A stretch of 39,439 nt of DNA from Betaproteobacteria bacterium. GTDB lineage: Bacteria; Pseudomonadota; Gammaproteobacteria; Burkholderiales; SG8-39. Below, piece after piece: positions 26,490-35,814 of this stretch. Every line of letters starts with the position of its first letter. Within the stretch, counting starts at the first letter, position 1. The DNA is taken from positions 1-39,439 of the forward strand of contig JAOUFA010000001.1 in the NCBI GenBank assembly GCA_029858545.1. Reading direction: 5' to 3'. The notes under the pieces are model-generated. The model made no database searches. It worked only from the letters and a program-made list of their open reading frames with translations, and was not told the origin of the DNA. The position numbers and the translations under genes were made by a program.

Positions 26490-27947
26490 ATGGCACGAGT
26501 TTTCGAGGGGATGTTCATAGGCGGCCGGTCGCTGTCCACCGGTCAGACGTTCGCCGACCTCAATCCGGCGGACGGTTCGGTGTGGGCGCAGGTCCCGGAC
26601 GGCGGACGGCATGAAGCGCGTGCGGCGATCGAATCCGCAGAGGCGGCCTTTCCAGCCTGGTCGGCGCTGCCGTTCACCCGGCGCGCGCACTACATGATGA
26701 AGATCGCCGAGGTGTTCGAGAAGCGCCGCGCGCAGATCGTGGAGGCGCTGCAGGCCGAGGGCGGCGGCTGGTTCGGAAAGGGCATGTTCGAAACCGGCTA
26801 CGTGCCGGAGATCTTCCATGCCGCGGCCGCCTCGACCTATACGCCGATCGGCGAGATCATTCCTTCCGAGCACGGCAAGGTCTCGCTCGCCATGCGCCAG
26901 CCGCTCGGCGTGGTCTCGGTCATCAGCCCCTGGAACTTCCCGGTGTTGCTCACCGGCCGCGGCATCGCCTTCGCACTGGCGGCCGGCAACACCGTCGTCC
27001 TGAAACCTTCCGAGGAAACACCCTACTGCGGCGGGCTGCTGTTCGCCGAGGTGTTCGCCGAGGCGGGGGTGCCCGACGGCGTGCTGAACGTCGTCACCTG
27101 CTCGCGCACCAACGTGCTTCCGGTCGGTCAGGAGCTGATCGACAATCCGCGGGTGAAAGGGGTCTCCTTCACCGGCTCGACGGCGGTCGGCCGCCAGATC
27201 GCGGCGCGCGCCGGTGCCCATCTGAAGAAATGCTGCGTCGAGCTCGGCGGCAAGGATTCGCTCATCGTCTGCGAGGACGCCGATCTCGAGCGTGCGAGCG
27301 CGGCGGCGAATTTCGGCAGCTTCATGCACCAGGGCCAGATCTGCATGTCGGTCGAAAAGGTGCTGGTGCACGAGAGCGTGTACGACGAATTCCTGCGGCG
27401 CTTCATCGAGCGCGCCGCGCGGCTGAAGGTCGGCGATCCGCGGGACAAGTCGAACATCATCGGTCCGCTGATCAACGACAAGCAGGCCGCCAAGGTGAAG
27501 GAGCAGATCGACGACGCGGTGGCGCGCGGCGCGAAGGTCGTGCTCGGCGGCAAGGTCACCGGCCGCTTCGTCGAGCCGACCATCCTCACCGGTGTCACGC
27601 CGGACATGAAGGTCTACCAGGACGAGACCTTCGGGCCGGTCGTGCCGGTGATTCCCTTCCGCAACGACGCCGAGGCCATCGCGATCGCCAACGACACCGA
27701 GTACGGCCTGTCCTCGGGGGTGATCACGCGCGACGAGCAGCGCGGCCTGTCCATCGCGCGACGCCTCGAGACCGGCATGTGCCACATCAACTGCTCGTCG
27801 GTGAACGACGAGCCGCACGCCCCGTTCGGCGGCGCCAAGGCCTCCGGCATGGGGCGCCACGGCGGGCGCTGGGCGACCGAGACGTTTACCGAGACCCGCT
27901 GGATCACGCTCGATCGCGGCGGACGGCCCTATCCACCCATGTTCTAA
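26490..27947 (+). CDS. NAD(P)-dependent aldehyde dehydrogenase (ALDH superfamily) 1
   Basis: 485 aa. VISPWNFPVLL, the Glu motif ELGGKDSLIV, and the catalytic Cys in HQGQICMS. Confidence 0.9.
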   Translation: MARVFEGMFIGGRSLSTGQTFADLNPADGSVWAQVPDGGRHEARAAIESAEAAFPAWSALPFTRRAHYMMKIAEVFEKRRAQIVEALQAEGGGWFGKGMFETGYVPEIFHAAAASTYTPIGEIIPSEHGKVSLAMRQPLGVVSVISPWNFPVLLTGRGIAFALAAGNTVVLKPSEETPYCGGLLFAEVFAEAGVPDGVLNVVTCSRTNVLPVGQELIDNPRVKGVSFTGSTAVGRQIAARAGAHLKKCCVELGGKDSLIVCEDADLERASAAANFGSFMHQGQICMSVEKVLVHESVYDEFLRRFIERAARLKVGDPRDKSNIIGPLINDKQAAKVKEQIDDAVARGAKVVLGGKVTGRFVEPTILTGVTPDMKVYQDETFGPVVPVIPFRNDAEAIAIANDTEYGLSSGVITRDEQRGLSIARRLETGMCHINCSSVNDEPHAPFGGAKASGMGRHGGRWATETFTETRWITLDRGGRPYPPMF

Positions 27948-27983
27948 CGCGCGCGACCAAGACGCCATCGAGAGGAGAACGAC

Positions 27984-29558
27984 ATGACAAGCGAACTCAC
28001 TATGCTGCTGACGGCACTGGTCGTTGCGGCGATTGCCGTGGTGATCTGGGGGGCCTTCTATCAGCGCGCCTCGCGCGAGACGAGTCTCGTGCGCACCGGG
28101 GTCGGCGGGCGCAAGATCGTGATGGACGGCGGCACCATCGCGCTGCCGTATTTCCACGAAGTGCAGCGCGTGAACATGCAGACGCTGCGCCTGGAGGTGC
28201 GCCGCAGCGCGGAGAGCGCGCTGATCACGAACGACCGCATGCGCGTGGATGTGGGGGCGGAGTTCTATGTCTCCGTCGCGGCGACGCCGGAAGGTGTGGC
28301 GAAGGCGGCGCAGACCCTGGGCAACCGGACCTTCAGCCCCGACAAGCTGCGCGAGCTGATCGACGGCAAGCTGATCGACGCGCTACGATCGGTCGCGGCG
28401 CGCATGACGATGGACGAGTTGCACGAAAACCGCGGCACGTTCGTGAGCGAAGTCGCGCAGGGCCTTGCCGCGTCGCTGGCGCGCAACGGTCTCGAGCTCG
28501 ACTCGGTGTCTCTCACCGCCCTCGACCAGACCCCGTTCAGCGCCCTCGACGAGAACAACGCTTTCAACGCCGTCGGTATGCGTCGCCTCGCGGAAGTCAT
28601 TGCCAACTCGAAGAAGGAGCGCGCGCAGATCGATGCCGAGTCCGAAGTGTCGGTGCGCAAGGCGGCGATGCTCGCCGCCAAGCAGACGCTGCAGATCGAG
28701 CTGGAGGAGCAGGAAGCGGAACTTTCCCAGGTGCAGAAGATCGAGGCCCTGAAGGCGGCGCAGATCGCCGAGGTCATCAAGCGCAAGGCCGAAGGCGAAC
28801 TCGAGGGGGCGCGTGCCCGCATCCAGATGGAGCAGTCCATCCGCGCGGCGGAATTCGCCAGGGAAAAGGGCCTGCTCGAAGCCGATATCGCGCGCGAGCG
28901 CGACCGTGCGGCGGCGGATCTCGTGCGCGCGGAGTCGGTGCGTGCGACCGAGGCCATTGCCACGGCCAAACAGGTGGCGGAGGCCGAGCGCCGCAAGGAG
29001 ATCGCGCTGCTCGCCGCACGCCAGGACAGCGAGATCGTGGCGATGCGCCTGCGCATGCAGGCGGCGGCGGAGAAGGACGCCGCGCTCGACCGCGCCAGGG
29101 CACGGCTGGAGGATGCGCGTGCGGACGCCGACGCGACGGAAATCCGCGCCGCCGCCCGGCGCAAGGAGCAGCTCGCGCAGGCGGAGGGCCAGCGCGCCAT
29201 CATCGACGCGGAAAACAAGATCGACCGCCATATCGTGGCGATGAAGGTGGATCTGGCGCGGCTCGAGGCCCTGCCCAGGATCGTGGCCGAGATGGTGAAG
29301 CCGGCGGAGAAGATCGAATCCATCCGCATCAACCACATGTCCGGGTTCGGCGGCACGCAGGGTGCGGCGGGTGCCAAGCCGCCGCTCAATCAGGCGATCG
29401 ATTCGATCCTCGAGATGGCGGTGCAGCTGCCGGCGCTGCGCATGATCGGCGACGAACTGGCCATGGACCTGGAAGGCGGCGTGGCGAAATTCGCGGCGCG
29501 CGCGTTGGACGGGCGCAAGGATGCGGCGGAGCCCGCGCCGGAGCCGAAGAAGAGTTGA
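27984..29558 (+). CDS. flotillin-like SPFH/Band-7 domain protein (YqiK/FloT-like)
   Basis: 524 aa. N-terminal TM LLTALVVAAIAVVIWGAFY, an SPFH domain (RTGVGGRKIVMDGGTIALPYFHEVQRVNMQTLRLEV...), and a long Ala/Glu/Arg-rich coiled coil. Confidence 0.85.
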   Translation: MTSELTMLLTALVVAAIAVVIWGAFYQRASRETSLVRTGVGGRKIVMDGGTIALPYFHEVQRVNMQTLRLEVRRSAESALITNDRMRVDVGAEFYVSVAATPEGVAKAAQTLGNRTFSPDKLRELIDGKLIDALRSVAARMTMDELHENRGTFVSEVAQGLAASLARNGLELDSVSLTALDQTPFSALDENNAFNAVGMRRLAEVIANSKKERAQIDAESEVSVRKAAMLAAKQTLQIELEEQEAELSQVQKIEALKAAQIAEVIKRKAEGELEGARARIQMEQSIRAAEFAREKGLLEADIARERDRAAADLVRAESVRATEAIATAKQVAEAERRKEIALLAARQDSEIVAMRLRMQAAAEKDAALDRARARLEDARADADATEIRAAARRKEQLAQAEGQRAIIDAENKIDRHIVAMKVDLARLEALPRIVAEMVKPAEKIESIRINHMSGFGGTQGAAGAKPPLNQAIDSILEMAVQLPALRMIGDELAMDLEGGVAKFAARALDGRKDAAEPAPEPKKS

Positions 29559-29572
29559 GCCGGGAGAACGCC

Positions 29573-31060
29573 ATGCACCACGGACAGCCCGATATTGCCA
29601 TCACCAATCTGATCATCGACGGGAAGTGGACCGCGGCGCAGGGCGAGAGCCGCTACGACATCTGCAATCCGGCGCGGCCCGACGAGCTGGTCGGCTGCGC
29701 GGCCATGGCCTCGCGCGAGGATGTCGATCGCGCCGTGCGCGCGGCGCACGCGGCCTGGCCGGCGTGGTCGAAGCTCTCGTATGCGCAGCGCGCCGCATAT
29801 CTGAAGCAGATCGCCGACGCGCTGGTGGCCGACCAGGATGAGCTCGCGGCGCGCATCCGGCTGTTCACGCGCGAGCACGGGAAGATCCTCAAGGAATGCG
29901 AAATCGAGATGTCGCGGCTGGGCGACCGGTTTCGCCTTGCCGCCACCTACGCCGATCGCCTGGGCCGCGAAGAACAACTGCCCGGACCGCCGTTCGACAC
30001 CCTGATCGGGCGCCAGGCGCGCGGCGTGGCGGCCCTCATCGTGCCGTGGAACTGGCCGCTTTCGATCCTCGGCGCGAAGCTGCCGCAGGCGCTGCTGGCG
30101 GGGAATACGGCGGTGGTCAAGCTCTCGCCCTACTCTCCGCTCGCGTCGGCCCAGACGATCCGGCGCATGGCGCAAATCGTGCCGCCCGGCGTGATCAACC
30201 TGCTCACCGGCACCACGATCGAGTCGGGCGACGCGCTGGTGTCGCACCCGCTGGTGCGCAAGATCAATTTCACCGGCAGCGTCGAAGTCGGCAAGCACGT
30301 CATGGCCATGGCGGCGCGCAATCTCGCGCACGTCACCCTCGAGCTGGGCGGAAACGATCCCGCCATCGTGCTGGAGGACGCCGAACTCGATGCGGCGACG
30401 ATCCAGCGCATGGTCACCGCGACCTACATGTCCGCCGGCCAGATCTGCATGGCGCTGAAACGCCTGTACGTGCACGAATCGCGCTACGAGGAGCTGGTGA
30501 GCGCCTTCACCGCCGCAACGGCGCGCTACGTGGTCGGGGACGGTCTCGATCCCCGCGTCACCATGGGGCCGGTGAACAACCCGCGTCGTCACGAGGCCAT
30601 GCGCGACATGGTCGCCGAAGCGCGCGCGCGGGGGGCCGAAGTGCGCGAGGTCGGAACGATCGCCGACGAGGGCGTGTTCGCGCGCGGCTACTTCCACCTG
30701 CCGACGGTCGTACTGACCTCCGACCACAGCCTGCGCGTGGTGCGCGAGGAGCAGTTCGCGCCGGTGCTGCCGATTCTCCCCTTCCGCGACGAAGCGGAGG
30801 CGATCCGCCTCGCGAACGATTCGGAGCTTGGGCTGTGTTCGTCGGTCTGGACGCGCGACCGCGAACGCGCGCTGCGGATCGCCCGCCAACTCGAGGCCGG
30901 GTACACCTACCTCAACGGCCACGGCGCGCTCGCGCAGGATTTCCGCGCACCCTTCGGCGGCTTCAAGCAGAGCGGGATCGGCCGCAACCTCGGCTACGAG
31001 GGCGTCCTGGAATTCCAGGAGTACCACAGCGTCTCCGCACCGCAGGGCTGGCTCTTCTAG
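29573..31060 (+). CDS. NAD(P)-dependent aldehyde dehydrogenase (ALDH superfamily) 2
   Basis: This is the real gene inside the artefactual 1276-aa ORF 27230..31060. Its ATG is at 29573 (MHHGQPDIAITNLIIDGKW). Contains IVPWNWPLSI, ELGGNDPAIV, SAGQICMA and the GGFKQSGIGR tail. Confidence 0.9.
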   Translation: MHHGQPDIAITNLIIDGKWTAAQGESRYDICNPARPDELVGCAAMASREDVDRAVRAAHAAWPAWSKLSYAQRAAYLKQIADALVADQDELAARIRLFTREHGKILKECEIEMSRLGDRFRLAATYADRLGREEQLPGPPFDTLIGRQARGVAALIVPWNWPLSILGAKLPQALLAGNTAVVKLSPYSPLASAQTIRRMAQIVPPGVINLLTGTTIESGDALVSHPLVRKINFTGSVEVGKHVMAMAARNLAHVTLELGGNDPAIVLEDAELDAATIQRMVTATYMSAGQICMALKRLYVHESRYEELVSAFTAATARYVVGDGLDPRVTMGPVNNPRRHEAMRDMVAEARARGAEVREVGTIADEGVFARGYFHLPTVVLTSDHSLRVVREEQFAPVLPILPFRDEAEAIRLANDSELGLCSSVWTRDRERALRIARQLEAGYTYLNGHGALAQDFRAPFGGFKQSGIGRNLGYEGVLEFQEYHSVSAPQGWLF

Positions 31061-31097
31061 CCCGGCCTCGATCCGGGCCCTGACTCCGGGCCCTGAC
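31060..31097 (+). repeat. 6-bp GC hairpin overlapping a 13-bp tandem duplication, directly after the operon stop codon
   Basis: GCCCGG-N7-CCGGGC (31060-31078). TCCGGGCCCTGAC occurs twice in tandem (31072-31084 and 31085-31097). There is no U-tract. Confidence 0.5.
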
Positions 31098-31112
31098 CTG
31101 CGGGGGTCGGAG

Positions 31113-31625
31113 TCACGCTGGAGAAGTGTCGAGTGCCATCGGCATTCCGAGGCAGACAGATTTCACCCGGTCCCGCATCTGCGGCGAGTCGGCCGGATGG
31201 CGATAGGCCCGAAACACTTCATTCGAGGAATCGCCGGCGCGAACGGGAGCCATAAACGGATCGACATATTCCCACACGATCTCGCCGGCAGGCGTGATTT
31301 CAAAAAGCCGCCCCCATTGCCCTTCGCAGATGAGTGTATTGCCGCCGGGCAGGCGCTGCGCGCCGCTGATGTGCGGGCTGAAAAATGTATGGGCGAGCCT
31401 GGCACGATTCTCCCATACGATCTTGTGCGTGCGCGGATCGAGTTCGACAACACGGGAGAATGGATTATTCGGCGTGTTGATGCCATTGGCGAACAGCGTG
31501 ATGTTCCCGTTCGGGAGGGGTGCGCAGTCGTGCTGCATTCCGAAGCTGTCGTCGCGGTGCGCCCACTCTAGTTTCCGGGTGCTCTTGTCGATCAGCCCGA
31601 TCGTATTGAGACGGCGAAAGCTGAA
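31113..31625 (-). pseudogene. arylsulfotransferase (ASST)-like beta-propeller protein, C-terminal ~170 aa fragment
   Basis: The open frame reads FSFRRLNTIGLIDKSTRKLEWAHRDDSFGMQHDCAPLPNGNITLFANG...SRVVELDPRTHKIVWE...GEIVWEY..., fitting the HHD..LPNGN..FDNG / ..IVWEY pattern of ASST-family proteins. An upstream stop lies at 31626-31628 and there is no N-terminal half. Confidence 0.5.
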
Positions 31626-31676
31626 TCAGGCCTGCGAGCGCTCGCGTCACATGCGCTTTGTCGAGCTGGCTGTTTC

Positions 31677-31772
31677 GCGCAATGTAGACCGTTCAGGGCG
31701 CGTTCCAGCACGGGATAGTCGCGCGCAGGCAAGCTGTTCAAACTTCGGGGTCGGATTGATTTGCCTATAGTC
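31677..31772 (+). repeat. interspersed element, right-end partial copy D (element nt ~69-164)
   Basis: GCGCAATGTAGACCGTTCAGGGCGCGTTCCAGCACGGGATAGTCGCGCGCAGGCAAGCTGTTCAAACTTCGGGGTCGGATTGATTTGCCTATAG is collinear with copy C. The left boundary is fuzzy, and similarity fades upstream of 31677. Confidence 0.85.
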
Positions 31773-32368
31773 TTCGCAGCAAGTCGGGTGTTCGGCGCCG
31801 ACTGCTCGCAGCTGGCGAGCTACGAGGTCCCGATTGGTGGACCTTGACCGCCGGCTCGCCCGTGCCGCGGCGCGGCCCCTTCCAGCGGGGCGTCGCCGCC
31901 GCTATGGTGCCGCCCGCGCGCAGGCCAGCCATGCTCGACGCCGGTAGAAGATGAGCTCTCCGCAGCCGGCGCCGACGGGCTCGCAGGCGCCCGCCGTCCT
32001 GCGCCTGAGCGCCATGCGCGTGGGAGCTTGATGGCTTTCGGCGGCGGAGGCTACAGCCCGGAGACGCTTTCGGTGGCGCGGTGCTCGAAGCGCTGCTGGA
32101 GGCCTGATTCGGGGCGCTGATTCAGGCGGATTGATTGCGGCGCGTTGAGGCATGGCAGCGCGTTGATCGATGACGCCGCGGCCATATTCGCCGGATTCTC
32201 GAGCATCGGTGCCGCTGCGTGCGGCGCGAGGTAAGACCGCATCGCGCGCGCTCTAGAGGATCAGGAGTTCTATCGCAGCGTGAGCGCGGGCGGCATCCTG
32301 CGTGTAGAACCGGACGAGGCGCGCGGCCGCGACGGAGCGGACCGCGGAATTCCCCGGCCGCGCGGGCG

Positions 32369-33280
32369 TCAGCCCGGCGCGCGCCTTGTACGGCTGGGCA
32401 GAACCACCGTGCCCAGCGAGGCGAGCACGAGCGCCAGCGCGCCGATGTCGCTCGCGCCCGGACGCTCGCCGAGCAGGACCATGCCGGATGCCACGCCGAC
32501 CACCGGCACGGCAAGTATCGAAAGCGAAGCGACACCCGCCGAGGTCAGCCGCACGAGCCTCAGCCACGCCCACTGGCAGAACAGCGCGGCGATGAGCGCG
32601 CTGTAGAAGGCGCCGAACATCGGCCCGGCCGACAGGCCGAACGGATGCAGCGGCCCGCGCTCGAGGAGCAGCGTCGCGGCTAGCAGGGGTACGAAAGCGA
32701 TCAGGCTCATCCAGGCCGTGTACGCGCTCGCCGGCACGTCCACCGCCCATCGCTTCATCAGCACCGTACCGACCGCCCACGACGCCGCGGTACCGAGCAG
32801 GAGGAGCGCGCCGAGCGGGGCTCGACCGACCGCGTGCAGCTCGCCACCGAGCAGGAGCGCCATGCCGGACATGCCGAGGACCAGTCCCGCGAGGCGCCGA
32901 CGCGTGATCGGTTCGCCGAGCAACCAAGCGCCGAGCGGAATGCTCCACACCGGAAAGGTGTAAACGACAATCGCGGCGCGCCCCGAATCGACGAGTCGCA
33001 GGCCGTACGCCATGCTCACGCTCCAGGCAATCGAGTTGAAGAACGCAACGCCCGCGATGCGCGACAGCGCACCGCGCGGCAACGCGAGCCGCGCCCCGCT
33101 GATCCAGGCCGCCGCAAACAACCCGATCGTGCCGACGCCCACCGCGAAGGCGCGAAAGCGCAACGGCGGCATCTCGCTCAAAGCGAGCTTCATGAGCGGC
33201 CAGCTCATGCCCCAACCGAGCACCAACCCGACCAGCAGCCAGATCGCCGCGGCGGGGATCGCGAATCGTGTTCCGCTCAT
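32369..33280 (-). CDS. EamA/DMT-family transporter
   Basis: 10-TM-like hydrophobic protein with two EamA halves (WGMSWPLMKLALSEMPPLRFRAF...; AASWAVGTVLMKRW...). I chose the start at internal Met 33280 (MSGTRFAIPAAAIWLL), because the upstream 26 aa are Arg/Gly-rich. Confidence 0.8.
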   Translation of the reverse strand: MSGTRFAIPAAAIWLLVGLVLGWGMSWPLMKLALSEMPPLRFRAFAVGVGTIGLFAAAWISGARLALPRGALSRIAGVAFFNSIAWSVSMAYGLRLVDSGRAAIVVYTFPVWSIPLGAWLLGEPITRRRLAGLVLGMSGMALLLGGELHAVGRAPLGALLLLGTAASWAVGTVLMKRWAVDVPASAYTAWMSLIAFVPLLAATLLLERGPLHPFGLSAGPMFGAFYSALIAALFCQWAWLRLVRLTSAGVASLSILAVPVVGVASGMVLLGERPGASDIGALALVLASLGTVVLPSRTRRAPG

Positions 33281-33807
33281 CGCCGGACCGCCACCGTCGC
33301 GGCCGATTCGTGCGCGACCAGGGCGCCGAGCAGATCGCGTCGCGCCACCGCGCCGCACAATGCGCCCGCGAGCTCATCGGCGCACGCAGGCCAGGCAAGT
33401 ATGGCCGGGAGCGGGATCGCAAGACCGGCTGCGGAGATCTGACGCATCGTGCTTCCTTTCGCGGGGGAAGGCGTATACCGGAATACGCAGGGGGCGGCAT
33501 TATGGCGCGGATCGGGTGCGGCGCGCAGACTGTCCGCGCGATCGGGTCCGGCCGCCGCCCCGGTCGACTCACGGGTGAGCTTTCGGCGGCCCGATGCAAA
33601 ACGTAGCGATACCCATTAATACTTGGCGCCCCCATCAACACTTCTGCCGAGGAAGGCGTGCCATCGTGCCTGGGACGAAGCCGAGCGTTTCCTTGACGGC
33701 CCGCGCGCCCGAATTCTTCATCCTGTAATGCGGCGCCGACGGCCTAGCGGGCGATCCGCTGGCCGAGGGCGGCCTGCCGGCGGATCCGGCGGCATAGGTG
33801 AAACGGG

Positions 33808-35814
33808 TCAACCCACTATCGGCCTGACCCCCAACCACGGCGTAGGGCTGGCGGGCGACAGCGACCCGAGCGGCACGCTAGCGAGCGCCGCCCCCGCCTT
33901 GTCTGCCTGAAAGACGACAGGCAGGCTCAGGGTCAGCGTGGTTCCCGCCTCACCGGACTCCCAGGCGATCTCGGCCCCAATCGCCTGGGCGCGACGCATC
34001 TGGTTGGCCAGGCCCTTGCCATTGCCGTTCTGCGCCTGCTTCACCTGGAATCCTTTGCCGTTGTCGGTGATCGTCACCAGCACCCGGCCATCGCGTACGC
34101 CGGTGGCAACGCGTATTTCGGTAGCCTCGGCGTGCCGCATGATGTTCGTGATGGCTTCCTGCAGGATGCGCAGGATGTGCAGGGCGTTCCGCGGATTCAG
34201 CCAGTCCATCGGCGGGACCGCCTGAACCTCCCAGCGCATGGCGATGCCGGTGCCCTCGAGACGCGGCTCCAGCCGGAACCGGAGCGTGGCGAGCAAGAGC
34301 AGCAGGTCGGCATCCACCACCTCGTAAGAATCGATGGCCAGCTTGAGATCGTCGATGCACCCCCTGATCACAAGAGCGATCTTGTCCTTGTCCATACGCC
34401 CGTGCTCCGCCATGCGCAAAGCGCTGGTCAGCGACGAGCCCAAGCCGTCATGCATGTCCTGCATCAGGCGCTGGCGCTCTTGATACAAGCTCTGCCGCAG
34501 CTCGATTTCCCGCAGCAGCTTGTAGCTGCGGGTCAACTCGGCCTCCCGCGCCTGCAAACGCGCCTCGAGACCGGCATTGGCCTGTTGCACGTCGTCGGCC
34601 GCTTTGCGTCGGATCATGTTGAAGCGATAGGCCAGCGCAAAGGCCAGCAGCAGCATTTCGAAAACTGAACCCAGCTGCCATCCGTTCATCGTGAAAGCGT
34701 TGGGGGGCAGCACTCCGTAGCCTCTCAATCCAACCACCAGGACACCGGATACCCACAGGGAGTAAGCGATCACAAAGAAGGTGGCCATCCGCTGCTTCTT
34801 GACGAAAGCACAGTAGATGCCCACAAACAGGATCAGCAGCAGGGTCGCAAGCCCAATTTGGGAGGATGGCGCCGTGAAGGTCTCAATCGAAACGGCAAAT
34901 CCCACCGAGAGCAGCAAATGAATGCCTATGAAAGCCTGGATCAACCGGTCCAGTCGCGGGACCAGTTCCCGCGTGCCCAAGAGCCGGCGCATGAACGCCA
35001 GCAAGGCCGCGTACGTGTATGCGCCCAGGACACTGACGGCGATGTCCGACCACCACGTGGTATCTGGCCAGATGAATTCCTTGCCCCAGCCGTTTCCTGC
35101 CGAAGTGGTGAGCGCCATGCAGATGCCAAAGACGACATACGACAGATAGACCCCATCGCGCAGCGCGATGAAGAGCAGGAGATTGAACAGGAGCAAAGCC
35201 GTGACCATGCCGAAGTACCATGCCTGGGTGACATAGTCGTCTCGCGCCATGGCAGCATAGGCCTCCGGCTCCCACAGCCTGGCTGGAATCTGCATCACGA
35301 TCGTCGACCGGATGCGCAGGTAGACCACCTGATCGGAACGAGCCGGCAGGACCAAGGGGAAGACAAAAAAACGGTTCGGATAGGGGCGGGTGAAGAACGG
35401 CTTCGCGGCGCCGGTGGCAACGGATTGATAGCGCCCGTCCGCGGCGGGCTGATGCAACTCAATGTATGAAAGCAGGGGATAGCCGATTTCCAGCATCTGC
35501 TTGACCGGCTGCCCGGATGCATTGCGCAAAGTCAGGCGCAACCAATAAGCCGAACGGGTACTGCGATAGTTCAGAACCTCGGCCGGTGGTCGCACCGTGG
35601 CAAAGCGGGCAGCCACGTCTGGCTTTTGTACGTCGGCCAAGGTCAATGCCTGACCGGGATCTTCGAGGATGGCGAAGTACTCGGTCAACGACGCTGCGCC
35701 CTGACCCGGCTGGCGGGCATCGAGCACCCTGTCCGTCGCCATGGCCTGAACGGACCACGGGAGCAGGATCAGCGCGCCGAGGCTAAGGCAGAAGACCCTG
35801 ATTGCGCGCTTCAT
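33808..35814 (-). CDS. sensor histidine kinase, 7TMR-DISM type (DISMED2 periplasmic domain, 7TM, HisKA_3, HATPase_c)
   Basis: Signal peptide MKRAIRVFCLSLGALILLPWSVQA. DISMED2-like region (YWLRLTLRNASG...FVFPLVLPA...YLRIRS), seven TM helices, H-box ERQRLMQDMHDGLGSSL, and ATPase motifs ILQEAITNIMRHA and DNGKGF. An upstream TTG at 35844 is an alternative start. Confidence 0.9.
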   Translation of the reverse strand: MKRAIRVFCLSLGALILLPWSVQAMATDRVLDARQPGQGAASLTEYFAILEDPGQALTLADVQKPDVAARFATVRPPAEVLNYRSTRSAYWLRLTLRNASGQPVKQMLEIGYPLLSYIELHQPAADGRYQSVATGAAKPFFTRPYPNRFFVFPLVLPARSDQVVYLRIRSTIVMQIPARLWEPEAYAAMARDDYVTQAWYFGMVTALLLFNLLLFIALRDGVYLSYVVFGICMALTTSAGNGWGKEFIWPDTTWWSDIAVSVLGAYTYAALLAFMRRLLGTRELVPRLDRLIQAFIGIHLLLSVGFAVSIETFTAPSSQIGLATLLLILFVGIYCAFVKKQRMATFFVIAYSLWVSGVLVVGLRGYGVLPPNAFTMNGWQLGSVFEMLLLAFALAYRFNMIRRKAADDVQQANAGLEARLQAREAELTRSYKLLREIELRQSLYQERQRLMQDMHDGLGSSLTSALRMAEHGRMDKDKIALVIRGCIDDLKLAIDSYEVVDADLLLLLATLRFRLEPRLEGTGIAMRWEVQAVPPMDWLNPRNALHILRILQEAITNIMRHAEATEIRVATGVRDGRVLVTITDNGKGFQVKQAQNGNGKGLANQMRRAQAIGAEIAWESGEAGTTLTLSLPVVFQADKAGAALASVPLGSLSPASPTPWLGVRPIVG

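Noticed and set aside
27230-31060. 1276-aa ORF spanning ALDH1, flotillin and ALDH2
   Set aside because: The first ~780 codons run in an alternative frame across two well-supported genes and translate to Arg/Gly/Ala-rich low-complexity text. Only the last 495 codons, from the ATG at 29573, look like a real protein (ALDH).
531-33641. Many long ORFs antisense to or out of frame with annotated genes, e.g. 531..2261(-), 1127..2524(+), 6092..7087(-), 9665..11500(-), 21238..22725(-), 21657..22874(+), 26316..28157(-), 28265..29389(-), 29390..31027(-), 32253..33641(-), 38606..39415(-)
   Set aside because: These are typical shadow ORFs of high-GC DNA. Their composition is dominated by Arg/Gly/Pro/Ala/His/Asp. 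They have no recognisable motifs, and each overlaps a gene with clear family signatures in another frame or strand.
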